DNA of 63,233 bases, filler included, from Craspedostauros australis (Eukaryota): the NCBI GenBank assembly GCA_030167865.1. It is 11 parts of 11 records of this genome, joined end to end, with 100 filler letters (N's around TTAATTAATTAA, not from the genome) between each part and the next. Parts side by side here need not be neighbours in the genome. Positions count along the whole stretch, not along the records: positions 19,668 to 27,326 come from JALAGF010004750.1; positions 27,427 to 33,294 come from JALAGF010004753.1; positions 33,395 to 38,214 come from JALAGF010004755.1; 8 more parts are not named here. One strand, 5' to 3'. Below, piece after piece: positions 25,232 through 38,314 of this stretch. The notes under the pieces are model-generated. The model was given only the letters and a program-made list of their open reading frames with translations, was not told the origin of the DNA and made no database searches. Each line of letters opens with the position of its first letter. Position 1 is the first letter of the stretch. The position numbers were made by a program, and so were the translations under genes.

Positions 25232-26010
25232 AATCCGCACGTTTCTTCACCCATCATCAGTATTCTCAATTGACTACTCGTGATCCAGAAGACTCACATA
25301 TGGACTGCTTGCCAATCAAGCCTCTACAGCCAACAACAGCTAACAAGTGATAAGCCATAACGTTTGGGCTCTATTAATGGGTGTAATGAATATGTTCTAT
25401 TCGTACCTGGTCGTGCCGAGGATTGGAATTGAATGTTGCCGACATCCAGAGCAAGAGGATTGTGTGTCTGCCTTCGGGGAGGATTGCACACTGCGACTAT
25501 ATGCAGCCTTCTCCCGATACTCATCGCAACCCTTCGTGCGTCATCCGTGTGGGATGTGACGGTGTGGGTGCACTGCGAATAGCTCGCACAGCTTCCGGAG
25601 CAAGCCGAGCAGAACACAGGACAGCAAACCGCTTGTTGTGTCAAGCGAAGATTGCCCACGATCGACTCATCCATCTTTGTCTGGAGCTTGGTCGGACCAC
25701 GCAGATCCTAAATGGAGTTGGTCGAACTGGACGGAACTGGATGGAACGGAACGGGTGCAGGGCTCGCAGCTTTCGCGGAGAGTCTCTGCCAGAATGGACC
25801 TTCGCATCCGCACACATCCGCGCAACAGGAGAAGGATGATGGATGTGCACAAGAACAACCACAACTTGAGGATCAACTGGGATATAGACTACTATACAAC
25901 GCAAGGGGAAAGCAAAACAACAACACCACACCAGATGACCATACTCCATTCATACGACTATTGTTTATTGCACAACTCAATACCGCACTCCACTCTATTT
26001 CACCACCTTC

Positions 26011-27326
26011 TCACTTCTCCGCTAGTTCTTCTTCGATGGCTACCTTCAGCTCTGAGCATCCAAACTGCTTTGCCGCCAACAGCAAGCCTTGGAGATCGCT
26101 CTCATTGGCCATCTCGCCAGCCTTGATGAATGACATGTCACCAAAACAGATGCATTGAAGAACTCCACGGACGTGCTTCGGGTGATGTTGAGAAAGGTTG
26201 ATGGTTGTGTGTTGGGTGCCGTCTTCTGGACTTGTACGAGTATGGACGCTACCGGAGTCGATGATTGCTTTGATGGATGGTTGAGCCAATAGAAGGATTG
26301 TGCTCTTTGCTTTGATTGCTTCTTGGACTTCACCGGATCCAGCCAAGAAGGTGAGATCGGACACCGCCTGTTCGCGAAGAGCATGAGGCCCATGCTGATC
26401 GCGACCAGGCTCCGGGCCCGACATGTTGTTTTGTGATGGGTGGTTGGATTTCCTCTCCCGTTCCTGTTCAATCTTTCGTATCAATTCATTGTGGAACATG
26501 CGAGCAAAGTCCAGGTATTCTTCGCCCCAGTACATCGCATCCCTTAACTTCCAGCCATCTGTCTCTGGTTCATGATCCATACTCTCAAACGCTGTCTTGC
26601 CATCATTGTTCTCGATGGTGAGATCTATCTCACATGATTCGATCAAGTACTTCGCCAACCCAGAAGAGACACCATCAGGGTCTTTGAACGCTTGATGGAG
26701 TGCAGTGTCGCCATTCTTGTTTTGAACGTTGATGTCGACATTGTGTGACTCCATGAAGTACTCCCTGACATCCTTGGATCTGCTTCGGCATGCATAGTGG
26801 AATGGAAGGCTGCCCCACTCGTCCTCAATGCTAACGTCCGCACTGTGTGACTCCACCAAGTACGTCACCAGACGTACGTCATTGTCGCGGCATGCGATGT
26901 GGAGAAGAGACCGACCATAGTCACCCTTGCTGTTCACATCAACTGCGCCCGAATTCATCAGGTACTCCGTAATATCCCTTTGGCCCCGCTCCCATGCACC
27001 CAGAAATGCATTCATCCCAACAATCTCTTGGAACTCCGAATTCAGCTCGGATGCCTCTATGAACTCTTTGACAGTGTCGAACCATCCCTGTTCGCATGCT
27101 GAGTTAAGTGCGTGCTTGCTTCTTTTCAGGTTAGGTGTGGGTTCTGCTGCAACTGACTTGATCAAGAACTTCGCAATGTTCAGGTGCCCCTTCTCGACAG
27201 TGCGCCAAAACCCTGTCGTGTAATCGCGATCTCGAAGGTCGAGGTCTGCTCTTCCTGAAGCCACGAGACACTTCACAATCTCGAAATGTCCCTCTTCGCA
27301 GGCAAGGTGGAACGCCGTTCTCCCAC
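26011..27326 (-). CDS. Ankyrin-repeat protein with a C-terminal BTB/POZ domain (5'-truncated, probably spliced at the 3' end)
   Basis: Repeats of GRTAFHLAC..GH, GRSLLHIAC and GDTALH, followed by SDLTF..G..IKA..ILL..HP..V..VLQ.I..G..LL.AAKQFG..EL. Confidence 0.85.
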
Positions 27327-27426
27327 NNNNNNNNNNNNNNNNNNNNNNNNNNNNNNNNNNNNNNNNNNNNTTAATTAATTAANNNNNNNNNNNNNNNNNN
27401 NNNNNNNNNNNNNNNNNNNNNNNNNN
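27327..27426. other. Artificial 100-nt contig linker
   Basis: N44-TTAATTAATTAA-N44. Confidence 0.97.
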
Positions 27427-27740
27427 GGTTTGATCCAAGCTCTGCATTCTCGGTGGGCTGGTATTCCGCATACGATGCATCGCACCGCTGCTGCTGCTTG
27501 CCCTCGTCCCTTGCAGTACTTGCCTGCGGCGCACTCTACGTTGCGGGTGCCTCTTCCTTGTTTTCCATCTTCCTGTCTCAATTCTTCCCCGTTTTTCTTT
27601 GTGTTTGTCCCTGCCTGTCCTTCCATCTCTCCTTGTCCTCTCGTGTTTGTCTTGTTGCTATTGATGCCTCCTCGGACGTACGCTTCCATCGGCATTTGGC
27701 CGGTCGGACGCGTCATCTTGCCAATCCTCTTCGTCGTCAT
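27427..27740 (-). CDS. N-terminus of a protein with a Cys/His zinc-finger (C-x5-C..CxxC..HxxC), probably TE-encoded
   Basis: CAAGKYC..CIVCGIPAHREC. The ORF runs into the linker. Confidence 0.4.
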
Positions 27741-28197
27741 TCGTTCGTTGTTTCACTAGTAGTTTTTGCTGTCTGTTGTTTGTCTTCAATTTGTTTATTC
27801 GTGGTTTATTTGCTGCGACAATTTCTTCCGGAAGTTGGTTCCCTTCGAAAATTGTGATATATCTAAGAGAATACTATCATAGTCCGTCGGGCGTGCTTTA
27901 TATTGCTTCAAACACTTTATTGTGCAAATTTATATTTCTACCGCAGCTTCTGATATCGACTGAACGACAAAACCAGAGCGTGTTGTGCCTGTTCGGGCTT
28001 CAAGCAATCTGGTGGTGCAATTGCACTTGCATCACTGTTTTGCGTTGGAGGCAGGCCGTAAAATACGATCGAGTTTCATTTTCCGAGGAGCGAAGTTCGC
28101 AAGTTCCCCGTCCCCTCTCAGAGTATCTCTATCAGGTCATTTGTATAGTATCGTGGGACTCGCAATGCGAAATGCGATATCCGTGAGGAAAATAAAA

Positions 28198-28312
28198 GGA
28201 CTCGTGAGTCCGTTTAGCGCTAAGTGGACTCACCAACCCACTTGGCATTTTTGTTGCGTCGTAAGTGGACTCACCGATCCAGTTACGTAAATGGACTCAC
28301 CAATCCACTTAC
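28198..28312. repeat. Array of ~26-bp hairpin units (GTAAGTGGACTCACCAATCCACTTAC-like)
   Basis: Units at 28221, 28261 and 28287, plus the inverted repeat GGACTC-GT-GAGTCC at 28198-28211. Confidence 0.8.
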
Positions 28313-28474
28313 GAGCACAAAATGACTCGTCAGATTACCCCCTCTCTGAGATTGGAATAGTTCGACTCGCCCAACATCCATCTTTTCACCGATTCCTCGT
28401 GATGTTTTACACACTGCGTGTTTTGTCGCGTTATTCTTCCAACCCAACAACACATGGTGCATTTCCCTCTCGTA

Positions 28475-29160
28475 TTAATATAATAATAATAAAAATAACA
28501 ATAACAATAACCCACAACAATTAAACCCATAATAGGGAGTGCCCAAGGGCTTTAGCCTCACCCGCACATGCCTGGCTGTACCAGGTAGGTCGAGTATGTC
28601 ACGAATATATGCACTCCTGTCATTTCCGCGTTTTAACAGCCACAGACCCAGGTGCCTGTACACTGCGCAACCTGGGGGATTGTGTAGCCCCACACAGGGC
28701 GCTGGAGGCGTCCCTTGTATCCTGGAGCACCATCACCAGGCCACGATGCACACACACCCAGCTGACCCGCAGTGAGTCACCCCCATAGCCCATGTGCGAA
28801 CGTGGGTGTCGCCGTCCGGACTCCTGGCCTCCTGTCCAATCCGATTCTGTCCAGTCCTGTAGTCACCCACACGATCATCCCCCGTTGCCTGCCCTGCGCC
28901 ATCAGACCGCTCACTGCCACCCTCCAGCCCAGACCTTCCACCGCTCTGCGCACTTCCATGAAACAGAACTTTGTCTCGTACCACCCAACCAAATCGCAGC
29001 CAGGCTTTCCAGGCGTCATCCTCCGTCACCACACCAGACTCGCCTCCGTGATGGGCCATGGCTTGATCCAGCTGTTGCCAACCAGCAAAACCAAGACTGC
29101 GCTCCGCAGCTTCATCGCTCGCCTCGCAATCTCCCTTTCACATTGCCTGTCAGTGTCTTC
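28475..29160 (-). mobile_element. Degenerate 3' end of a non-LTR retrotransposon with a (TTA/TTG)n tail
   Basis: A WKAW..GW..RDKVLFHG remnant resembles the W..RN..LH C-terminal motif, followed by an AT-rich simple-repeat tail at 28475-28522. Confidence 0.5.
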
Positions 29161-30826
29161 TACACACCCGTTGGATTTCATCTTTCTCCATCTGCATCCG
29201 TTCCGATGTTCATTCCATCTGAACCCCTTCCGATCCTTGTTCCACACTGTCATTTGCATACCTACAAACCATTGCTGCCTTCTACACTCTGTATCACTCT
29301 GCTGCATCATGCGTGCTTCAACATCCCTTCTATCCCTCGTGAAACGGAGTGTTGACTGGACTGATGACGACAGCGACGACAATCACCTCGACCCCAACTG
29401 CGTTGACGACACCTTTGACAGTGATCGAGTACTTCGTTCTCCTGATGGCTGAAAGCGACGAGGACACTCATAGCGTGTTGGAATCCAACGCCATCAGCGC
29501 TGATAACATTGATGCTGATGTTGATCGAAGTGGTGATTCCTACTTTGCCAAAGGTGGATCATGAGGAAACCTTCTTCCATCCATGACAACGCCAACCGCC
29601 AATGCCTCTACCAAAATTTCAGTGCAACTACTGCGGGTGATGCTGCATCCACAACAAACACAAGCACCCCATGCAAAGAGCACAACCAATCAGAGGCAGA
29701 ACGGCTGGCAAGCATGGATCTTCATTGGCTCCTTCTTGATCCTGAGAATGAAGAGTTCCCAGTTTCGGTGGGGAATGCCCGTCGGTACATATACGAATTG
29801 CTTCTTGATGAGGTTCATCAACTCAGCTGTACCACCACAGATTGTTGTGGTTCCACAACCCATCCATTTCAATACCCAGTTGACCAACCTGATCTTAGGT
29901 CTTGGATCTCTGCCTCGTCTTGGCATGGCGGCTCTCAGACACATCGATCGCACTCCGCAAATGCAGAGTTCCGATCTATGAATCCGGTTGCATCGGAAGA
30001 CGATGAGCAAGCATCGCAGACTGACAAGGTGGGAGCAGAGGAGGAGTATTCCACCAACAATCAATCCCACACCAGCATCATCGAAACAAACCAATCTACA
30101 CAAACTACTGCACCATCAGCGACACCAGCCGCAGCCAGTGATCCTCTGGTGGCCGGGCCAATGACCATGACAGCAGACGATGCAAATCTGGACATGGCAG
30201 AGGTCCATTGCTCCGCAGACTTCCAGAACCTGAAGAGCCTAAAAAACATGCCAAAACAGCGCTGATGCCATGGTTCATGACACCACAGAAAGGTCAGGCG
30301 AACAGGTATGCCAGACTCGGCCACATGAATGAGGAGCCGCTGATGCAAGCGGCAATGGACTGTCAGGGCATGCTTGGAGGAAGCAGCCAATTCAGTGCAG
30401 CATTTAGGGTGGGACTGGTGAAGAAGGGCGGCAAAGGCTACACTCGCGCATCTGTTGGAAGGCTCCGCGCACGGAGAATCGGTAGTAGTCAACACTCTTT
30501 CTCAAAGTGTTTCTGTTACTGTTACTGTTGTTGCTATTGATTGTTGGTGAGCAAGCGTGGGGAATGAGATGATCAAGATGCTCTCTTGATCCATCTCTTC
30601 CTTGCTCTGCATTGCTTGGTGCAATCCTCTTGCACCTCCATGCACATTTCTCTCATGTTGCTCGTTGATGTTGACTTGACCGTCAACGTTGTCGTTTCTC
30701 TCTCGTTGTCTCGTCGTTGTTCCGTTCTCAGGCTTTGTTGAACCTGATGATTGATCCAATCTGATGGAATATTCACAACATATTTCATTCCTGTAGACCT
30801 GGTAGTTAAGGTCTCGATGTGACGTC

Positions 30827-30930
30827 ACGTGTGATGGATACTGTGGTATCCGCTGGTATCCCGGTATCCTGCTATCGTAGTATCGCGGTATCCTCGTGGT
30901 ATCGCGGTGGTATTCCTGTGACGTCATAGT
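30827..30930. repeat. Dense GGTATC(C/G) motif cluster between two GTGACGTCA sites
   Basis: ggatac-tgt-ggtatccgct-ggtatcc-cggtatcc..gtatcgc-ggtatcc..ggtatcgc..ggtattcc. Confidence 0.6.
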
Positions 30931-31636
30931 TTTGGGTCGTGATTCCGCCACCAAATATTCTGGATGATGGCGCGCAAGTGTGACTGATGCATACACATCC
31001 GAGTACACACATTCCGACAAATATGCGAACGCCCAACGAGGGTGGCGAACAAAGCATCAGAATCAGGAGATAACGATGGCTACACAACTGCACGGGAGAC
31101 GATGTACGCTCCAGTGGCAACAGACAGGCCCAACTTCGAAACAGACGGGTCAATTATCAACAACAACGTCGCAGGCATGAGGATCGGTACTTCCCAATGA
31201 AGGATGAGAGCGATCGACTTCATTGCTGCGAATCAGGATAATAATGATGATGAGAGAGAGAGCGCGCGCGCGACGGCGAGAGATTCGAGCACATCAACAC
31301 CGAAATGATGCTGAGTCTACGTACGCCTGAGGAGTGCTAGGATCATGTGGATCTTGACGAGCGGAAGCAACGAGACGACGCTATCAACAAAGAGTCCAAT
31401 GACATGGCCAGAAAAGGAGGATATGGCAGAAGATCAAGAAGGACCAGATGCCGAGAGACCGGCAGTGCGTGAAGATCAAATGGGTATTCAAGGAGAAGAG
31501 GAATGGCGTATTCCGCGCCAGACTTGTTGCATGCGGATACTCGCAGATCGCAGGAGTCGACCTCTCAATGCAACGCGCACCATGATACACGACGCAACCT
31601 GCCGCGCAATGCTCACAATGAGGATGCTACTGAACA

Positions 31637-32783
31637 TTGGGCAGCATCACTATCGACCTTGAGACAGCATTCCTACACAGAGACCTCGAAGAGGAGACCT
31701 ACATGCTTTGCCAGAAGGGCGTGGAGCATGATGATAACGAATGCCTGTTGCTCAAGAAGGTGATCTACGGACTCGTAGAGCGCGCAAGACAATGGAACAA
31801 GAAGCTGGTCGACATCCTATTCAAATTGGGATTCAGACAGAGCAGAACGGATCCATGCCTCCTGATTCGGGATCAGGAAGGGAGACTACTGCTGATCGGA
31901 ACCTACGTTGACGACTGCCTATGCATCGGAGATGAACAGGGGTTGAAGAGACTCGTAGGGGATATCAAGGCAGAGCGGTTTGGAATCAAGGTGGAAAAGG
32001 ATCTCGAAGACTACCTCAGTTGCAAGATCAGATTCAACCATGACGAGACCAACTGCTGGGTGAACCAACCGCACATCATCAACAACATCGTCAGCACTTT
32101 CAAGGACGATGTGATGAAGCTGCAACGATACGGAACACCAGGGACGCCAGGACAAGGCATCCAGAGAGAGAGAGAGTGATTCACCAAAGGTCGACAAGCA
32201 ACGACACAGCAGCTACCGAAGTGGAGTAGGCATGCTGCTGTACCTGGTGAAGCACTCACGACCTGACATCGCAAACGCAGTGCGTGAACTGACCAAGGTG
32301 TTGGATGGACCAACAGCCGCAGCATACAAGGATATGCTGAGGGTCATGGAGTTCGTGTCAGATACGAGAGAGTATGGACTGAGGATGAGACCGAGTCCAT
32401 TGGAGAACGATGCATGGAAGATTGTGTACACCGACAGCAAGTTCGCTGGTGACAAGAACAATCGCATCAGCGTGGGAGGGCATGTCGTCCTGCTACAAGG
32501 AGTGCCAATCATCTGGAGATTGAAGACACATGGATCTACAGATGCGACGGTCGACAATATGGGAGCAATCTACATTGCTTCCAATCCATCGACATCAACG
32601 AGAACGAGACACATCGACATACGACATCAATTCATTCGAGAACTGATTGCGAACAGAGTGGCTAGAGCTCGGTTCGTACGCTCAGAGGACAGAATCGCAG
32701 ACAGGGTTCACGAAGAACACCAAGAAGAGATATGTGACAGACACAAGAGCAATATCATCCAGCCGCAGTTGACAATGGACTGA
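31637..32783 (+). pseudogene. pol: Copia RT-RNase H, degenerate (lineage B)
   Basis: IDLETAFL, IYGL..AR.W, YVDD, SRPDIA.AV, TRHIDIRH.FIRE, with frameshifts. Confidence 0.9.
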
Positions 32784-32867
32784 TGGGATGGCGAGAAGGA
32801 TGGTGGTGATGGGAGCCAAGGGAGTGTGGAGTCAGAATGATATATTGTCGATGCGACAATGGAAGGG

Positions 32868-33294
32868 TGTCAGGAATCGGGGGTACGACTTTGTCAAGAT
32901 ACCCATGATTGCCGCACCTCCCAATAATATCTTCACGACTCAATGGATTCAACNNNNNNNNNNNNNNNNNNNNNNNNNNNNNNGCCTGTCCCACCTCACG
33001 CAACCAATCGTGTCTTGCATCACAGGGTCTGTCCATGGTCCGTCATGGAAGTGAGGGCGAACCTATGATTTTACCACTAGGGATGCATCCGCGCATGGGC
33101 CAACAACTATGGGTGACGCGAACAATAAATCCCAACCAAGTCGACGCGCCCCTACGGACAGAGACACTTCGGAGTCACCTGAAAGGGAGAAACGGTGAGA
33201 AGGAGAAACAGAGGCGATCCCCTATCCGCTCAAGAGCACGAATGGCGACGCGACAGGTGACATGATGGTCGCGTGAGAGGAATACTGAGGAATT
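32868..33294 (+). repeat. 3' LTR family B (5' part), preceded by PPT GGAAGGG
   Basis: TGTCAGGAATCG start directly after the purine run. The same start occurs at 37112, 47297(-) and 48559(-). Confidence 0.8.
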
Positions 33295-33394
33295 NNNNNN
33301 NNNNNNNNNNNNNNNNNNNNNNNNNNNNNNNNNNNNNNTTAATTAATTAANNNNNNNNNNNNNNNNNNNNNNNNNNNNNNNNNNNNNNNNNNNN
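33295..33394. other. Artificial 100-nt contig linker
   Basis: N44-TTAATTAATTAA-N44. Confidence 0.97.
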
Positions 33395-33833
33395 TCATGT
33401 CACCACGTCGACATCTGTCTCCAAGTCAGAGCAGAAGGTGAAGATCCAATGACCGAAGGGCATCAGCATCATGGATACAGAAGGTGAACTTCAAATGGTA
33501 AGTACTCATGGAGTAGGAGCCAGTAGTGAATGAACGGAGTGTTGAATACGGAGTACGTATCGAACACGGAGTATCGTGCGCAACGAGCACACGATGTTGA
33601 GAGAGAGAGAGAGAGAGAGAGAATACAGAGAAGAGCGAGAGAGCATCTCGCGTACCGACTCATAGTTGGAGACCGAATCTATGAAACAGATTGAAGCGCC
33701 GAGAGCATCGGGCAAGAGAACGGGCGTACACCGAGAGCATCGGAGTAGCCAAGTAATGAAATAGCAAACGAACGACTATCAACCAACACCATCTTCCACG
33801 ATCGTAGGTTACCGTGCGCGGAACTTGCCAACA
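33395..33833 (+). mobile_element. LTR family A, 3' half
   Basis: Aligns to 10055-10490 and ends GGAACTTGCCAACA. Confidence 0.88.
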
Positions 33834-36800
33834 CGAATGCGCCATGACGAGGGCAATGGCGATAGTGAAACGGTACGCCATGAGCATGGTTGCGATAAAT
33901 TGCTGACGGCCTCTGCACCATCAGAATCCATTCTTTTGGTTCACAGTCATCATCAGTCAGTCCGTCCTACTAGTTTGCAGGAACTCAGCAACAGCTACAT
34001 GCAACGAGCAACAAGCATGCCACAAGAGCGCTTTGGCTGTCTGGGGTCTTCATAACGGCAGCATTGAACAACTAGAAGAGGTGAGGTGTGTTCTGACATG
34101 GGCTACAAGCATGTCGAGGAGGTGACGATGCATGAGACTAGCGATGCATTGCATTTGTATGTCTGTGTGGAATCTTCCCAGGTTGCGAGAGCTTGGCTGT
34201 TGGCAACTGGGCACAGATGATGCCTCTACACACACACTGGTGGCAGTGTGCCAGTGGGTTCAGCGATCAGCATTTGGTACAGCTTTGAGAACAGTCCTGC
34301 CAGGTTCTGCGTACACCAGAATATGCAGCATCCACATACGCAAGTTGGTTGCTACACAGTTGGATCTTGGACCTTGGCCATCATATGCCTTCCTACTCTG
34401 GCCATGCTGACAGCGGCCAATTGGCATATGCCAAAATTGTGACCAATGCAGGCTTCGTTTCGGGGTGCGCCTGGCAATGGAATTAATTGAGGCAAAGATA
34501 TTGGAAGCGGGGAGATGACTGCTCACTACCTTGTTGTGTGGGGTCAATTTTTGGTGGAGTACGCTGGTTGTGAGATCAGTTGCACCATGCAGATGCCACT
34601 TCTTTGGGCCAGTCGTTCACATGGGCAAGGCGACATCGGAGGAGAATCGATGCGAAGATTGCGAAAACTATGCAGAAGATGGGGTGCCCCACACCAGGTA
34701 AGTGCAGCGGTGATGGCATTGTGTGTGTATTGGAACATTGCATTCATGGCTCAGACTCTGACACCACATGGTGGGTATTGCATTGGAGTTGTTCTTCAGC
34801 TCTGTTGCATGGTATGCATCATGCTATACTGCTGTGTGCAAATCCTCAATACTTGGACCATCCAGCGACTCTCATGTCATTGAATATTACTATCACTGTC
34901 ATCATTGTCGGCCGCAATCGAGTCGGTCGCCAAGCTCATACCTTCGCCGTCGGTCACAAAGCATGGAAAGAATTAAAACCAAATGGATACTCGTGCTAGG
35001 CCAGATTCCAGGGAGCAACATTGATCTGATACTTGAGCGTCATCATCTCGATCTGCAAACACTGATCGATCCCAGCGGCACGTGTCTGCTCCTGCATCCG
35101 ACAGTCCTTGGATGAATGACCCAAGAGAGACTGAAGGAATCACCAACATGTCATGATCCTAAACCAGATGGACTCCTTTTTGCATCAATCATTGCACGCA
35201 ACGTGGACAATGCAAATCGAAAGCGGGCCTTCGACAGATGTCAACATCACAAGTGTCGCGCACGTGCATGGAGCACAAACATCTTGCGCGGTCAAAGCTT
35301 GCCCAGGCAGAGTGACAAATTTTGAGTGTGCGAGATACGTGTTGCCCCCCACGACAAATTCAGAAATGGATGCCGGTTGTGCTTTTGATGGCTGCCATTG
35401 CACGATGTCCGATCATGACAATTGGCGGTTGCAACGCGGATTGTTAAGGAGCTGCTTTTGTGGTTAGATTGTTGTTGCCGTTGTTATTGTTGTCATTGTA
35501 GCTCATGGTGTGTATTAGCACAACGCTTTATTCACCTGATTCGTTTTCTGATTAGTCTGTCCTTGTATGTGCTGAAACGATGCTTTCCTCAGACACATGA
35601 ATTTCGGCATGAGGGACACACTAGGGAACATCAGAGCTTCGGTCTGGCCACCACCCAGCAAACATGTGATGTCCAATCCGATCTGATATACTTCCCAACT
35701 AAACCTGAAATGACAACACACTCGACGACCTCAAGCATCATCAATGGAATGTGGAATCGACAGAGCCATGGAACGGTGATGAATGACGTCGACACAGAAG
35801 ACATCATCGCCACATCATGGGTCATCTCCACATCAGAACAAGATCGCAGAGGTGCAATGNNNNNNNNNNNNNNNNNNNNNNNNNNNNNNNNNNNNNNNNN
35901 NNNNNNNNNNNNNNNNNNNNNNNNNAGAAGTCACTCAACCCAAACAGTGTCTTCACTCACCAGCTTGTCACCCTCGTCCTGAAAGACTTGATCTCTCTTG
36001 AAGGACTCGTGTGATTTCGCTGTGTTCAATACCGAGATAACAGTGTGTGGGCATGGTAGAGGTTGGCGATCTTGGGGAGATTGCACCCAACACAACAGGA
36101 TCACGGGTTGAACTCTCTCGCACCAAGATCTCAATCGCCGCAGGTATTCGCTGCCAAATACAAGGTCTGTCCCTCTATCGTGAAGATGTTGTGCGTCACC
36201 GAGAAGAAATGATTGGTCACTGAAAATTCAAACAGTTTCATGGAGAACACCTCTCACCGAAGTTAGATCAGAAATCAGAAATTTGGAATCACAATATGAT
36301 GACGTCAGGCCTTTGTTCTGCTCCAAAACGTGAAATACGTTGAGAACAAGAAAATCATGCGTCTCCAGAAATGGGAAAACACGCGAAAATGCCTTCAATT
36401 CGGAAGAATCAAATGATCGACACCGAAATAAGAAGCCGATAGGAGAACAGATGAACAACGGCCAGAAGCCAACGATGGCTGTTGGCGACGACGAGCAGAG
36501 AGGAGGTCGAAAAGAACAAACAGAGAATAGACCTGAAGAAAGGATGAGGCCACAGAATAGATTGGGCATGTAGATGGAAGTCAGTGTGTGCTGATTGAGA
36601 CAGGGACGAAGCTCAACGTCCTGGGACATAAACGGCGACAGAACCGAGAACAAGGCAGTGTGACAGTCAAGCTGGGGGTCAAGATCTGGATTACCCACCA
36701 ACCCACAACTCTGAATTTTGACAACTGATCCACATTCCAGACGAGGCAGAAGCCTCCGCGTGCCTACCGCTGCCACGCAATCCTCGAAACCAACCGCCTT

Positions 36801-37039
36801 CCCCACGCGAAATGTGGGTGTGTCGATGATGGGCACGACTGGAGATCAAGCTGAAGCACGACTGGCGATTGCGAATCCAAGTTGCCCCTCCACGTCCGCA
36901 TGCTCAACGTTTTTAGTTGTAGATTGCTGCGAAAAATATAAACTTTTTAACTACAGGGCCCAGGAGCTTGTAACTTCACACATATACTCTCTAAAATATA
37001 TTAGGATGATATAGATTATAAAATAAAAAATCCGCATTT

Positions 37040-38214
37040 GCGTACGTGCGAACCCTGAATGGGGTCGTAGTCACCGTCATCGCTGTCTGATACAGTAGTC
37101 GCAGAATCGGCTGTCAGGAATCGAGGGTACGACTCTGTCGGAAAGATACCCATGATTGCCGCAACTCCCAACATTATTTGTCACACCTTTGGATATTATT
37201 NNNNNNNNNNNNNNNNNNNNNNNNNNNNNNNNNNNNNNNNNNNNNNNNNNNNNNNNNNNNNNNNNNNNNNNNNNNNNNNNNNNNNNNNNNNNNNNNNNNN
37301 NNNNNNNNNNNNNNNNNNNNNNNNNNGAAGGAAGATGATGACCGACACATTGATGATCACCCCATCTGGAGATCATGGCACGTGTCAGCCACGGACTAGA
37401 ACAACTCAGAAAGAGCATCAAACATGACATCAATCATGACACCAATCGTAAAGTTTGGTGTCAGGAGATCAAGAGCGAAACGCAAGACTGTGGAATCGTA
37501 CCGCAGGGAATGTAGAATAAGGATATGCACNNNNNNNNNNNNNNNNNNNNNNNNNNNNNNNNNNNNNNNNNNNNNNNNNNNNNNNNNNNNNNNNNNNNNN
37601 NNNNNNNNNNNNNNNNNNNNNNNNNNNNNNNNNNNNNNNNNNNNNNNNNNNNNNNNNNNNNNNNNNNNNNNNNNNNNNNNNNNNNNNNNNNNNNNNNNNN
37701 NNNNNNNAGCTGAAGAGAATGAGCTCACAGTTCTGAATAGTACGATCTAACAACGAATTAGTTCTTACTAACACTAACCCCGGATTTCCAACAATCGGCA
37801 TCCTCCCCCACGAGTGGAAAAGGATAGTCGGCTCTCAAGTTGCGAGTAGAGGCATCATTGGCGGCGCGGATAGCAGACCGAGGCAGGAGTTGTTGTGTCG
37901 CATCGTCGAGCACCCAGAATGTGAGGTCGTCGCCCTTGTGGAGGCACGGACCGGCCCAGTGGCCGCAGCGCTCCTTGGACTCACTTGGGAAGCCAGGACG
38001 TTCCACACGGTAGTAGACCGGTTACCACCAGTAGTACGCAAGGTACTTGCTGATATCCGGACGCTGCCCAAAGGCAGCCTGTGACGGGGTCACATTACCA
38101 CACGTGCGCTGCGCGATGTGATTGAACAGGTCAATGACGTACATCGTGCAGATGAGCCAGAACCGCGACGGGGTACCCGTGCGATCCATGACGCCGTTGA
38201 CAGTACGCTTGATG
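37040..38214 (-). pseudogene. pol: CoDi-type Copia integrase fragment interrupted by a solo LTR
   Basis: IKRTVNGVMDRTGTPSRFW..YV and FPSESKE..GHW.G....GDDLTFWVL. The frame resumes (GED|ADSATT) across the LTR insertion. Confidence 0.75.
37112..37793 (+). mobile_element. Solo LTR family B with 6-bp TSD ATCGGC
   Basis: TGTCAGGAATCG...CCCCGGATTTCCAACA, with ATCGGC at 37106-37111 and 37794-37799. Contains internal N gaps. Confidence 0.88.
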
Positions 38215-38314
38215 NNNNNNNNNNNNNNNNNNNNNNNNNNNNNNNNNNNNNNNNNNNNTTAATTAATTAANNNNNNNNNNNNNNNNNNNNNNNNNNNNNN
38301 NNNNNNNNNNNNNN
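38215..38314. other. Artificial 100-nt contig linker
   Basis: N44-TTAATTAATTAA-N44. Confidence 0.97.

Noticed and set aside
33850..34900. MULE/SWIM transposase remnants (also 13900-15200 and 50100-50690, minus strand)
   Set aside because: Only faint motif echoes (SN..SINS, C.C..GI.C, GRPKN) across broken frames; cannot be supported without a profile search.
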